NCBI GenBank assembly: GCA_002221445.1
Contig: NMUI01000056.1
Coordinates: 1-56,706, forward strand
DNA: 56,706 nt
Direction: 5' to 3'
Source of the DNA: Phenylobacterium zucineum
GTDB lineage: Bacteria > Pseudomonadota > Alphaproteobacteria > Caulobacterales > Caulobacteraceae
Below the pieces are notes generated by a model. The model saw only the letters and a program-made list of their open reading frames with translations, was not told the origin of the DNA and ran no database searches. This document shows positions 20,652 to 30,900 of the stretch, one piece after another (position 1 is the stretch's first letter; every line of letters begins with the position of its first letter). Position numbers and translations under genes: made by a program.

Positions 20652-23600
20652 GTGTATCTTCGTACGAGTCGAGGCGACCTTCGGATCCGCCGGATCGTCT
20701 CACCGCGAGCCTTAATCCGGGGGCTTAATAGCTTGCTCGACTTGAAACGACTGAAGACTTGGTTTGATGCCGTAGATTGGAAGCGCGGTGTCGATTATTT
20801 TGAATCCGGCGCTATCTTGGATCTCTTCTTCGATCACGAAGAGGATATGTGGTGTGCCGAGGTTCGAGGGCGATCGGCCGATGCCTATCAGGTCATCATC
20901 CCCTGGCCCTTAACGACCTACGGCGAGGCAGCTTGCACCTGTTTTCTCGAGTCGGGTTGTAAGCATATCGTTGCAACCCTGTTGGCGATTCACCACAAGA
21001 TCGGGCTTGAAAAGGTTTCCGATGCGCCCGCCAAGACCCAACCTCAACGCCCGGCACAGGTGCAAAAGTGGCTTGATGAACTGACTCAGGCCGCGCAGGG
21101 GGGGGCTGCGGCACCCAAGCCGTCCTCAGACACCCCAACCCTCGACATCCGGATCGACTTGAAGGTGTCGGCGGCCCAGGGGTTGCCGGAGCTTGTTGCC
21201 TATGGCGTCCACCTGAACAAGAATGGGGAGGTCAGTAAGCGATTGCCTCGCCGAATGACCTTTGGTGCGCTTTATAACCCTGAACTCCGCGCCCAGACCC
21301 CCCGGGAGACTCGGCAATGGATTCAGGAGATCGAACTCCTCCATGCCGAAAGCAGGGGCTATTACGCAGCGAACCACGCCCCAGATCCGAGAGGCCTCGC
21401 TGACCTCATTCTCGCCGTGGCGAAGGCCGGAAAACTTCACTGCGACGGGGTAAACACGCCGGCCCTGACCTTATCCGAGACGATGGACCTAGCCCTTAAG
21501 TGGGTCCTCAACCAGGACGGGTCGCAAAGCGCGCATCTGGTCGGCCCCGAAGGTCAGGCCGTCAGCGTTCTGGAAACGGTGCCGGCGCTTTGGCTGTCGA
21601 AAACCGACCGGATGATAGGGCTCTTAGGGCCCGAAGTGCCCGTCAAAATCTTGAAATTGTTAAGCCGGGCCCCGCCCCTCCGAGCTGAAGACTTCAATGC
21701 CGTCGAAGTCTCGCTTGCAGACCTGGGGGTGCCGGAAGCCTTCCGACCCAAGGCAATCAAGCAGCGACGGATACGCGGAACAACCCCCCAACCACAACTT
21801 ATCCTGAGCGGTGCGAAAGGACGATCCGCCGAAGCCCGGGTTTGGGGTAGGTATGCCTATGGCAACAGTTCGGGTGGACTTACCGTACCGGCTCTATCGC
21901 TGTTCTTCGATTATGGCGGCCAAATTGTTCCGGCAGACCGCGCTGAAACCCACGCCTATGTTCAGGCCGGAGAACTCGTGATCCTGGAGCGGGATGTGCA
22001 GTTTGAAGCCGACCTCCTGGCCGATCTACTGGCGGAGGGCGTTCTTGGTCCTGATAAGTTGAAATCCGTTAGGTTGGTGTCGGCGCGTGATCCGAACACC
22101 TTCTTCCTGCCTCCCCCGAGGCGGCTTTCGCAATTTGATGCCGAAACCGCCCTGAAGGCGGGTGGTCAGCACGGTCGCCGCAGAAAGGCCGACCCGAATA
22201 AAGTCATCATGATGCTTGACCGTGGAACCCTGACCTTTCAACAGGTTCCGATAGAGACCCTAGCCTTCGTCGAGGCGGGCCTGCCGAGGCGCAAGGCGCA
22301 AAACTGGAATATCCAGGTTCATAAGAGTTGGCCGCTTAAGGAATCAACGCTGTGGTCGGATATTACCGCAAGGATCAAGGACACTGAGCGCGGGCTGAAG
22401 CTTGACCTTATGCTGGATCGCCAGGGTGCCCGTCTGGATCTTGCTCCCCTGATCACCGAGATTTTTGGGCTCCTGCCGCTCGATGCCGCTGGCAACCTGC
22501 CCAAGAATTTTGATCTCGAGGCGGCCCTGGCTGGGACATCGATTCTGATGGCTGACGGCAAGAAGACCTGTACCTCCATCGAGCCCAGACTGTTGGCAAG
22601 GATCATCCGCAGCCTGCTGGACAATGTCACAAATCTCGAACCCTTTCATCCGGCCGAAGCCGGGCGCTATCGGGATTTTGCCGACGACCTAGCTGACAGC
22701 GGCATTACCCTGGAGGGGGATGACAGCCTGCTTGAGCGTGCAGCCCGTTTGCAAGGTCTCAATGAACGTATCGAAGCATCGCCGCCTGCCACCTTCAAGG
22801 GTCAGCTTCGCCCCTATCAGCTGGTGGGTTATCAGTGGATCAAAACCCTTCGCGAAACCCAATTTGGCGGGGTTCTGGCCGATGATATGGGCTTGGGTAA
22901 AACTATTGAGGCCCTTGCCTTTCTGGCCGACCTGCACTTGGAACAGAAGAACGCCATGCCGTCTCTGGTTATCGCACCGACGAGCGTTGTCGGAGCCTGG
23001 CAACGCGCTGCAGAAACCTTCACCCCGGATCTGAAAGTGGAAGTCCTGCACGGACTCCGCAGGCATGGTCGGCTTGAGGTGGATGATCTGGCCCATATCT
23101 ATGTCACGACCTATGCCCTATTGCACCGTGATCGCGCGGTCTTGAACGCTAGGCATTGGGCCTGCGTCATCGCCGATGAGGCGCAGGCGGCAAAGAACCC
23201 GACCTCCAATGCTGCAAAACGCTTAAGGGAACTGAATGCAGATACTCGGCTGGCCGTGACCGGCACACCGGTTGAAAACAATCTGAAGGATCTCTGGTCG
23301 CTATTTGACTGGGTGGTCCCCGGCCTGCTCGGTAATCGCGAGAAGTTCACCACCCTTTACCGCACGCCCATCGAACGGATGGGATCGGAGTCGGCGCAGG
23401 CGCTTCTCAATGTTCGGACCAGGCCCTTTATCCTGCGCCGCACCAAGGAAGAGGTCGAGACCGACCTGCCATTAAAGACCGAAATTATCGAAACCGTAGC
23501 CCTGGGTGAGGACCAGCAGGTCCTATATGAGAGCGTGAGGCTGACTATGGACAGCCAGGTCCGTAAAATGATCGCCGCCAAAGGCATTGTGGCCAGCCAC

Positions 23601-24221
23601 ATTTCGATCCTCGCGGCCCTTTTGCAACTACGTCAGGTCTGCTGTGATCCAAGACTATTGAAGACGGTCAAGGGGTCGCCGCCGCCCAGTGCGAAATTTG
23701 AGCGCCTGTTCGAAATGCTGGAGAGCCTATTGGCCGAGGGCAGACGGATCATTGTCTTTTCTCAGTTTGTGGAAATGCTGAAGCTCATCAGAGCCGAAGT
23801 CCAGGCGCGGAAATGGCGTTACCAATGGCTTGATGGTGCCACGACCCATCGTGATAAGGTCGTAGATGCCTTCCAGTCTGGCAAGGCAGAGCTTTTCCTG
23901 ATCAGTCTCAAAGCTGGCGGGGCCGGGATTACACTGACCGCAGCCGATACCGTGATCCTTTATGACCCCTGGTGGAACCCCCAGGTCGAGCGTCAGGCTA
24001 TGGATCGTGTCCACCGGATCGGCCAGGATAAGCCCGTTTTCGTTTATCGGCTGGTGAGCGAGGGCACTGTCGAGGAAGCCATCCACCAACTTCAGGCCAA
24101 GAAACGCGCCCTGGCTGATGCGTTGTTCGAGGGCGGTGCCACCTCCGGAGCGGCATTCACCCCTGAAGATATCGATTTGCTCCTGCGCCCGATTGAAAAC
24201 AGAAGGTCGAAAGTTAATTGA
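20652..24221 (+). CDS. SWIM zinc finger-SNF2 family helicase/ATPase (start uncertain)
   Basis: CTC...CKH SWIM motif; LRPYQ, LADDMGLGKT, DEAQAAKN, TGTPVEN, LRRTKEEV, VFSQF, LISLKAGGAGITLT, WWNP..E.QAMDRVHRIGQ. Confidence 0.92.
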   Translation: MYLRTSRGDLRIRRIVSPRALIRGLNSLLDLKRLKTWFDAVDWKRGVDYFESGAILDLFFDHEEDMWCAEVRGRSADAYQVIIPWPLTTYGEAACTCFLESGCKHIVATLLAIHHKIGLEKVSDAPAKTQPQRPAQVQKWLDELTQAAQGGAAAPKPSSDTPTLDIRIDLKVSAAQGLPELVAYGVHLNKNGEVSKRLPRRMTFGALYNPELRAQTPRETRQWIQEIELLHAESRGYYAANHAPDPRGLADLILAVAKAGKLHCDGVNTPALTLSETMDLALKWVLNQDGSQSAHLVGPEGQAVSVLETVPALWLSKTDRMIGLLGPEVPVKILKLLSRAPPLRAEDFNAVEVSLADLGVPEAFRPKAIKQRRIRGTTPQPQLILSGAKGRSAEARVWGRYAYGNSSGGLTVPALSLFFDYGGQIVPADRAETHAYVQAGELVILERDVQFEADLLADLLAEGVLGPDKLKSVRLVSARDPNTFFLPPPRRLSQFDAETALKAGGQHGRRRKADPNKVIMMLDRGTLTFQQVPIETLAFVEAGLPRRKAQNWNIQVHKSWPLKESTLWSDITARIKDTERGLKLDLMLDRQGARLDLAPLITEIFGLLPLDAAGNLPKNFDLEAALAGTSILMADGKKTCTSIEPRLLARIIRSLLDNVTNLEPFHPAEAGRYRDFADDLADSGITLEGDDSLLERAARLQGLNERIEASPPATFKGQLRPYQLVGYQWIKTLRETQFGGVLADDMGLGKTIEALAFLADLHLEQKNAMPSLVIAPTSVVGAWQRAAETFTPDLKVEVLHGLRRHGRLEVDDLAHIYVTTYALLHRDRAVLNARHWACVIADEAQAAKNPTSNAAKRLRELNADTRLAVTGTPVENNLKDLWSLFDWVVPGLLGNREKFTTLYRTPIERMGSESAQALLNVRTRPFILRRTKEEVETDLPLKTEIIETVALGEDQQVLYESVRLTMDSQVRKMIAAKGIVASHISILAALLQLRQVCCDPRLLKTVKGSPPPSAKFERLFEMLESLLAEGRRIIVFSQFVEMLKLIRAEVQARKWRYQWLDGATTHRDKVVDAFQSGKAELFLISLKAGGAGITLTAADTVILYDPWWNPQVERQAMDRVHRIGQDKPVFVYRLVSEGTVEEAIHQLQAKKRALADALFEGGATSGAAFTPEDIDLLLRPIENRRSKVN

Positions 24222-24323
24222 GTTTGGGGCGGAAGATAAATTTCAAATTCGGGCCGCACGGTGGGCGTGCGAAGTCTCATCAATCAATTACCAAAGAACG
24301 GGAAGACCTGTTTCACGGGCCCT

Positions 24324-24339
24324 TGTGATATTTTTCACA
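24324..24339 (+). promoter_or_regulatory. Perfect CRP box upstream of the crp-cyclase operon
   Basis: TGTGA-TATTTT-TCACA. Its centre is 29.5 nt upstream of a TAGAGT -10-like hexamer (24361-24366), which is class II (-41.5) geometry. Confidence 0.78.
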
Positions 24340-24378
24340 TTTGTGCATCCAAGGTCGGACTAGAGTGGGGCGCGCCAG

Positions 24379-25065
24379 ATGAGCGATACGGTCGTTGCCG
24401 GGATTAATTTAGAAGATGTGCTGCCCGAGGCGCTGGCAGAGGCCTTTTGTGCTCTGGCAACGCGCATTCACGCGCGCCGGGGCCAGATGCTGATCGCCCA
24501 GGCGTCTAATGCTGACGATGTTTATCTCATTCTTTCCGGCAGGGTGAAATTCTCGGTTTTCTCCGCAAACGGTCGCGAAACCATTCTGCGTGAGATGGGT
24601 CCTGGATGCCTTTTTGGGGAACTGGCAGCAATCAATGGGCAATCCCGATCCGTTAGCGTCATTGTGGTCGAAGATGCCGACCTTGCCCTTACAACCGCCG
24701 TCAAGTTTCGGGGCTTTTTGAATGACGTACCGGGAGCTGGTTACTGGATGGCGACCCAACTCGCCGCCCGGGTGCGCGATCTGACGGAGAAATCATCAGA
24801 GCTTGCCTCGCTTCCCATGGCCGCGCGTCTCGTCAGCGAACTCCTTCGGCTAACGGCCCCGCAGACCGCCGAAGGCGATACCGCCGACATCACCAGACTG
24901 CCCACCCACGCGGATTTGGCGGCCCGTATCGGAACCCACCGCGAGGCCGTGACCCGCGAGCTTCGCCGGCTTGCGCAGGATGGTTTTGTGTCACAGTCGG
25001 GAAGACGACTGACCGTTCGCTCGCGCTCGGCGCTCAAAGCCCTATTAGCCCGCCTGTCGCGTTAA
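24379..25065 (+). CDS. Crp/Fnr-family cyclic nucleotide-binding transcription factor
   Basis: cNMP cassette LFGELAAINGQSRSVSV; HTH THADLAARIGTHREAVTREL with the CRP-type RExxxR recognition helix. Confidence 0.92.
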   Translation: MSDTVVAGINLEDVLPEALAEAFCALATRIHARRGQMLIAQASNADDVYLILSGRVKFSVFSANGRETILREMGPGCLFGELAAINGQSRSVSVIVVEDADLALTTAVKFRGFLNDVPGAGYWMATQLAARVRDLTEKSSELASLPMAARLVSELLRLTAPQTAEGDTADITRLPTHADLAARIGTHREAVTRELRRLAQDGFVSQSGRRLTVRSRSALKALLARLSR

Positions 25066-27961
25066 TGAATTCTGTCCGACAAGAACGGCGACGGATCACG
25101 CTTCTGTTTTCGGACCTGACAGATTCAACTGGAATTTCGGCTGGGCTCGAACCTGAACAGTTTGCCGACCTGCTGGAGCAGATCAGAACCATAGCACACC
25201 GGGTGATACCCCGGCATGGGGGGGAGATCGTCCGCCTGGATGGAGACGGAATGCTGTGCCTGTTCGGCTTTCCAGAACCGCAGGAGGATGCCGGGCGACG
25301 CGCGACGGAGGCGGCGCTCGATCTGCACGACGCCATCTCGTCCCACGACATGAGCCAGGCCTTGGGAGATCGCCACCTGCGCCTTCACAGCGGCATACAT
25401 GCCGGTCTTGTCTTATTGCGGGGAGGAGACATCGTCCGTGGAAAGTATGAGGTTTTGGGTGATGCCACGAACATTGCAGCCCGTCTGTGTGATGCGGCTG
25501 CGCCCGGAGAAATTCTGGTCAGCACCGAGACCTTAGGGGGAGACCAGCACTTCTTTCTCACCGGACCCCTTCGGGCAATCAAACTCAATGGTCGAAGCGC
25601 GCCGGTATCATCTCTACCGGTCAAGAGCCGGGCGGGTCTTAATCGTCGCTATGAGGCCCGTGAGCGGGCGGGGTTGGTGCCGTTTCAAGGACGGACAGAT
25701 GAACTCCATACCGTCCGCGATTGGCTCTCGCGATCTTCCGCGGACCCCGTCATTCTCGGCCTGCATGGACCGGCGGGCATTGGAAAGAGCCGCTTCCTGG
25801 TCGAGCTAACAAAGGTGGCTTCAGAACAGGGCTGGCGGGTAGTTCAAGGCTATTGCGAATCGTATTTGAGCGCCCGTCCCCTTCAACCTCTTCGTCAGAT
25901 TGCCACGGCGCTCAGAGGTGAACAGGCGCGCAAGACCACCTCTGATGTTGAAATTTTGACCGCTGATGCCTTGACCGAAACCGTCTCAGGCGAGCGGATT
26001 CTTATGGTCATCGATGATTGGCAATGGGCCGACGACGCCACCCGTGATTTGCTCAATGCGCTTCTGAGGCGAATAAACCCTTCTCAGTTCAGATGTGTTC
26101 TGGCCTCGCGCGTGGACGACTTCGGGGCGCTCGGCCCGGCATCCTTAACCCCGCTCGCTCTCGCGCCATTTGACCGGGACACCACGACGGTAACGATTGG
26201 CCAGATTCTCGCGGCCCCTGACCCATTTGTGATTGATCAGATTCAGCAGGCCTCCGGTGGGAGCCCGCTTCTCATTGAAGAGTTGTGCCATGCGGTCACC
26301 GCAGGCGGTGATGCCCCAGGCAGCGACCTTCGCGGTGCCTGGTTCGATCAGGCAGTTCAGGCTCGTTTTGATCGCCTGGAGGCGCATGACCAGGACTTTC
26401 TAAACCGCTCAGCAGTGATCGGTTACATCGTCCCGATCTGGCTGATGGACAGATTATACGGCGCACCCATCGACCGGGATCAGCTTGAGCGACTTCAAGC
26501 CCTCGACTTCCTATTTCCTGGAGAGACATTTGAAACCTTCCGATTCAAGCATGGCCTGACCCGTGACGCCCTCTATGCTGGCATAGGTCGGTCGGAGCGT
26601 CTGAGGCTCCACGCACAGGTGTTTGATACCTTGGAACACGCGGTTCCAGAGCGCGGCTGGGCAGTGTTGCTTGACGCCCTGGCCTATCACGCCCTGGCCT
26701 CCGGTAATGCCGAGAAGGGCCTGCCACTCGGGATCGCGGCCGGGGACGCGGCCTTGTCTGCCGGAGCTTTGGACCGGGCCCAAGGTCATTACCTGGCTAG
26801 CCTTGAAGGGCTAAACGGCATTTCGCAGGCCGAAGCACGGCGTGATGCAGCCTGGTCATTGCTGAACAAGTTTGGCCTAGCCTGCATTGTTGACCCGTCA
26901 CCTGACCAGCTTCTCGTCCTCGAGCGGCTTCAGCGTGAACTTGCCCTTTATGGTACAGATCGCGACTTGCAGCGGGCGGACTACTGGATGGGCTCCATCG
27001 CCTACGGCGTGGGTTTAGGTAAGCGGTCTGTCCGGCACCTTCAGGCCGCAAGGCATCGGGCGCAGGCTGGTGGCCGCGAGGACGACGGCCGCCTGATTCA
27101 GACCAAGCTCGCGCATTCCCTGTTTGCCAGTGGTCGTATTGCCGAAGCCGTCGAACAATTCGAGGTCATCCTTCCTCAACTCGCCCATGCGAAAGCCGCA
27201 ATGAACGCGAACTTTCGGCCTATGCCCATGCGGGCTATGCCTTCCTCAATGCCGAACGCGGAGACCATCGTCGGGCCGCAAAGCTGTTTGGACAGGCCGA
27301 AGACATTCTGGATAATCCGGCAAGTGCGATGAATGCCAGCATACTGCTTTACCGGTCAGCCGCCCTGATAGATCAGGGAGAGTGGGCCAGCGCCATTATT
27401 GCGGCCGAAGCCGTTTTGGCGGTCAGTCATCGTAGCCGGGCGCGTATGCAAAGTCGCACGGGCCGAGCACAAGAGGCCTATGCACGCTGGCACCTGACAA
27501 GGGAGCGCGCCCATGTCGATGAACTTGAACAGGTCGCACGCCAATTTCGCACCGGTAACAATAGCCGCCAGCATGTCTCCATGGTCTTCGGCTGGGTGGT
27601 TGAAGTGATGACGGAACATGATGAGGCGGAGACCGCCCGGATCTATATGGGCGAGGTCATCAGACGGGTCCGGGAGGCGGGTGATCGGCTGGGAGAGGCC
27701 ATGGGCTGGCGCGCCATGGCACGGTCGGCCCAGGCGTCGGGCAGCTCAGCGCGCGCTGACCGTTATCTCAGGTTTGCGAAATGCTCCGCAGACCTCCGTC
27801 TTTCGCAAGGTGAGGCCGCGCACAATCTCCTTTGTGAGGCAGACCTCCTGTCGGCCCGGGGACACAACCGGCAAGCTCAAGCCAGGCGGGTCATCGCCGG
27901 TTCAGTCTTTGAAAGGTTGGACATGCCCTATTACAGAAATCGCGCCCTTACCAATCGCTGA
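25065..27961 (+). CDS. Class III nucleotide cyclase-AAA(STAND) ATPase-TPR protein, ~965 aa (frameshift near 27193)
   Basis: Cyclase motifs LLFSDLTDST, RLDGDG, GIHAG, GDATNIAARL; Walker A GPAGIGKS; Walker B MVIDDWQWAD; GGSPLLIEEL; FKHGLTRDALY. One extra A joins the ORF in frame to 27329-27961. TAATG overlap with crp. Confidence 0.88.
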
Positions 27962-30900
27962 TCTTAACAATCAACGAGGCCGGAAGGACCTGGATCGTAC
28001 CGAACTCAAGAAGCGCAGCAAGAATGCCCATCATCCCGCCCATAGCCATTTTTGCGCCGGGCAAGCATGAACAGGCAGGTTGCTGTTGGGATTTTGGCCG
28101 GGTTTGTCCTTCCCGTCTTTCAATTCATAACCTTGAGGGACAGCGACGCGCTTGCCGCCAAAGATGACATCAATGCCGGACCGGCCCGTCGGGTCGTTAT
28201 GGAGCGATTGTTGACTTGCCGAAACCAGACTGACGAGGACCATGTCCCCCTCGTGCGTCCACGCACCGTCAAGTTTTGAAGAAATGTCATTACCTTTAGA
28301 GCGAGCAATTCGAGTTGTCCGTTTGGCTGTCCGAAACAGCATATCCGGTGCCGGGCGTAGGCACATGGCTTGGGACACCGGTGTCCGTAACGAGTCCATC
28401 GCACCGGCGAGATTGCCTTCAACAGTCTTACCCTTCAGTGCGGTTTTGAATGCCGCCTGGTGTCGCCAAAGACGTCCGGTATCTATCCATTCGAATAGGA
28501 TGTTGCGCAGGTTGGCGTCCATCGGCGGGATGGCACCGATCATGGTGCCAATTATGTTCCGGGCGAGAACCTCGTCATCTGAGGTTACCTTAAATAACTG
28601 CGCAATGAGCCGGGTTTTAGGAAGATTCACATTCGTCCGATGGAGGGCCACAAATTCACGCCCCGCCTTCAGTATGGCCTTCCCGTGCATTTGCGCGAAA
28701 TCACGGATGGCCTCGCTGGGGCGCGGGAAGACCGAGCCCCGTGATGGGGCCATGAAATCCCCCGGGCAGACCGCATGGGTCCGCGCAACAGTTGCAGGAT
28801 CAGTTTGAGAAATTACATCAACAATACGTTTCCATGACCAGCTCTCAGGAAGCAAAGTTTTACCATCGGGCAGACCATACCAAGTCTGCCATATTTCTGC
28901 GATTGCAGGTTGAAAATATTCTCTGCGAAGTTCTGCTTTGAAGTAATTATGAGAAATTTTTTCTGCATTTTTTCTATAATTATCCAAAATTTTCTTTCCA
29001 GCTTTATAGCCGTCAAGAAAAGCATCATCTTCAGGGTATGAAAAAAGCGCCTTATTAGTCTGAAAAGACTCAGAGTGATAATTGAGCTCTTGTGTTTTAT
29101 TGTGACCATTTACAGTATATTCGTATAATCCGCGCTCAGGACAAACATATTTGTTGTCGGGTTGTTGCGTTACATAAATCGGCCCCGCATTGGTCTTGAT
29201 GCGCCGCAATTGCTCCTCTGAGGTGAAATTATTCCAGTCGGTCAGAACCTGCATCACCTGAGGTTGGCCCGCGCAAAGTAGAACATTCTGCTTCTTCCAG
29301 TCTGGATTTTGCCAGACTTCAGAGCAGGTCGGATCCTTCATCTCGGCCAGATCTTTTCCAGGCGCGCCTTGGCCTTGGCCGTCAAGGGCCCGTGGATATC
29401 CAAGACGCCGCCAGCATAGTCACGAATCGCCACCCAGACATTTGGACTGATGTCGCGCTCAGACGGGTCCTTCGTCATGAAATCATTGAGAATCCGCTCC
29501 CACTCACCGGAACGAACAGTCGGCTCAAGTCGCCATAGCCGATCAATGGTTGCCTTACCTAGGGCTTGATCGAGAGGGCCACCGAGCGGTTGGTATCCAC
29601 CGGTCCACTGATTGGCCATGACTTGAAGGGCCGAGCGTGAGGGTGAAAAGAGGTAAAGTCCCCAGTACAGCGGGGTGAAGGGGTGCCGCCCGGGTTCCGA
29701 GCCCCCCAGAGGTTGGGCTGACGGCAGGCTTACATGCAGGACAATCGACTTAGGGCTTCCGTTAGCCTCAACTGTTTGGTGGATAAAACGGAATGACCCC
29801 TCCCCGTCCCGGGGGCGAATACCGGTGAGCGGATCATTATGTCCTGAGGCGACATCCGTCGGATTTCCACCGTTCAGCCAACGCTGGATGACCTCGTATT
29901 GTTCGGAAATGCTCGCCGCATAGGCCATGAACATGAGGCCTTTTGAGTGATCCTTGTCCTGCCCGAACAACATACCCCGGCGCATAAGACGAGGCGTCGG
30001 GCGACCAAATTCCCGACGCACTTCCACAGGAGCCTGGGGGTTATCCTCGGTTCGTCGGGGATTGGCTCGCCTTATGTGGGCTGAATGCGGACAGCGAAGA
30101 CCAGCCAGATCAGCCCTGTAATCAAAGTCATTGAGATCGCCCATCGCCGTATCGGCAAGCGCCCTGCCCTCCTCATCGCGCCCAAGGACCGCCGCCTTAA
30201 GCAGGGCGCGGGCTGCGGGTCGCGTCAATCCAGTCTGATCCGCAATGAGTCCCATTTGCGCGTCGAGCCAAGCATCGAATGCGCTGACCGCCGTGCCAAT
30301 CTTACGGATAACAAGATAGCTCCCATTTTTCTGAAACTTAAGTGCGGCGATCCGGGGCTCATCGCACCAAGCGGTATTTTCGTCCCAAGGCCGATCCCCC
30401 GCGCCCAGCGCATCAAACCCCTTAGGCGGACCATCGCCCCGGTCATTCGCATAGCCTAAGACCACCTCTCCCAAGGCAACCGCATCCCGAGGAAGACCAC
30501 TCGAACTTTGATTTGGTCGACGCGGTCTGGGTTGGCTGATGCCATCAACAAAGCCGAAATGGTCTATGAATCGACCCTGGTCATCCCGAGCAACATGCAA
30601 CCACTCGACCGCCTCAAGCGATGCGCCGGGAGCGGCATGGCGTGCCAGGTTGAGCACGCTTTCTTTGAAGGCCTCGGCATCTTGTGTGGCACTGCGCAGT
30701 TGCAGTACAAAATCGACTTCCTCCAAGTCCACCGGCTGAAATTTCCGGCTTGAGTCCGCAAGCCCAAGGGCCGCAGGGCCATTGCGCTCGGGACGAATCC
30801 AATTGCGCGGATGGTTCTCGCGCATATCGCCAACCAGACCGCTACGTTTTGCCAGTCCCTCACGAAATTCGCTGGGAAAGCAATCCAACACGTCTTTCGA

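Noticed and set aside
24379-27961. Pycsar, CBASS or Avs anti-phage system
   Set aside because: The cNMP receptor is an HTH transcription factor, not a TIR or transmembrane effector, and there is no nuclease domain. A defence role is not excluded, but the architecture does not match these systems.
27329-27961. Separate TPR gene after the cyclase
   Set aside because: It is in frame with the cyclase after a one-base repair near 27193.
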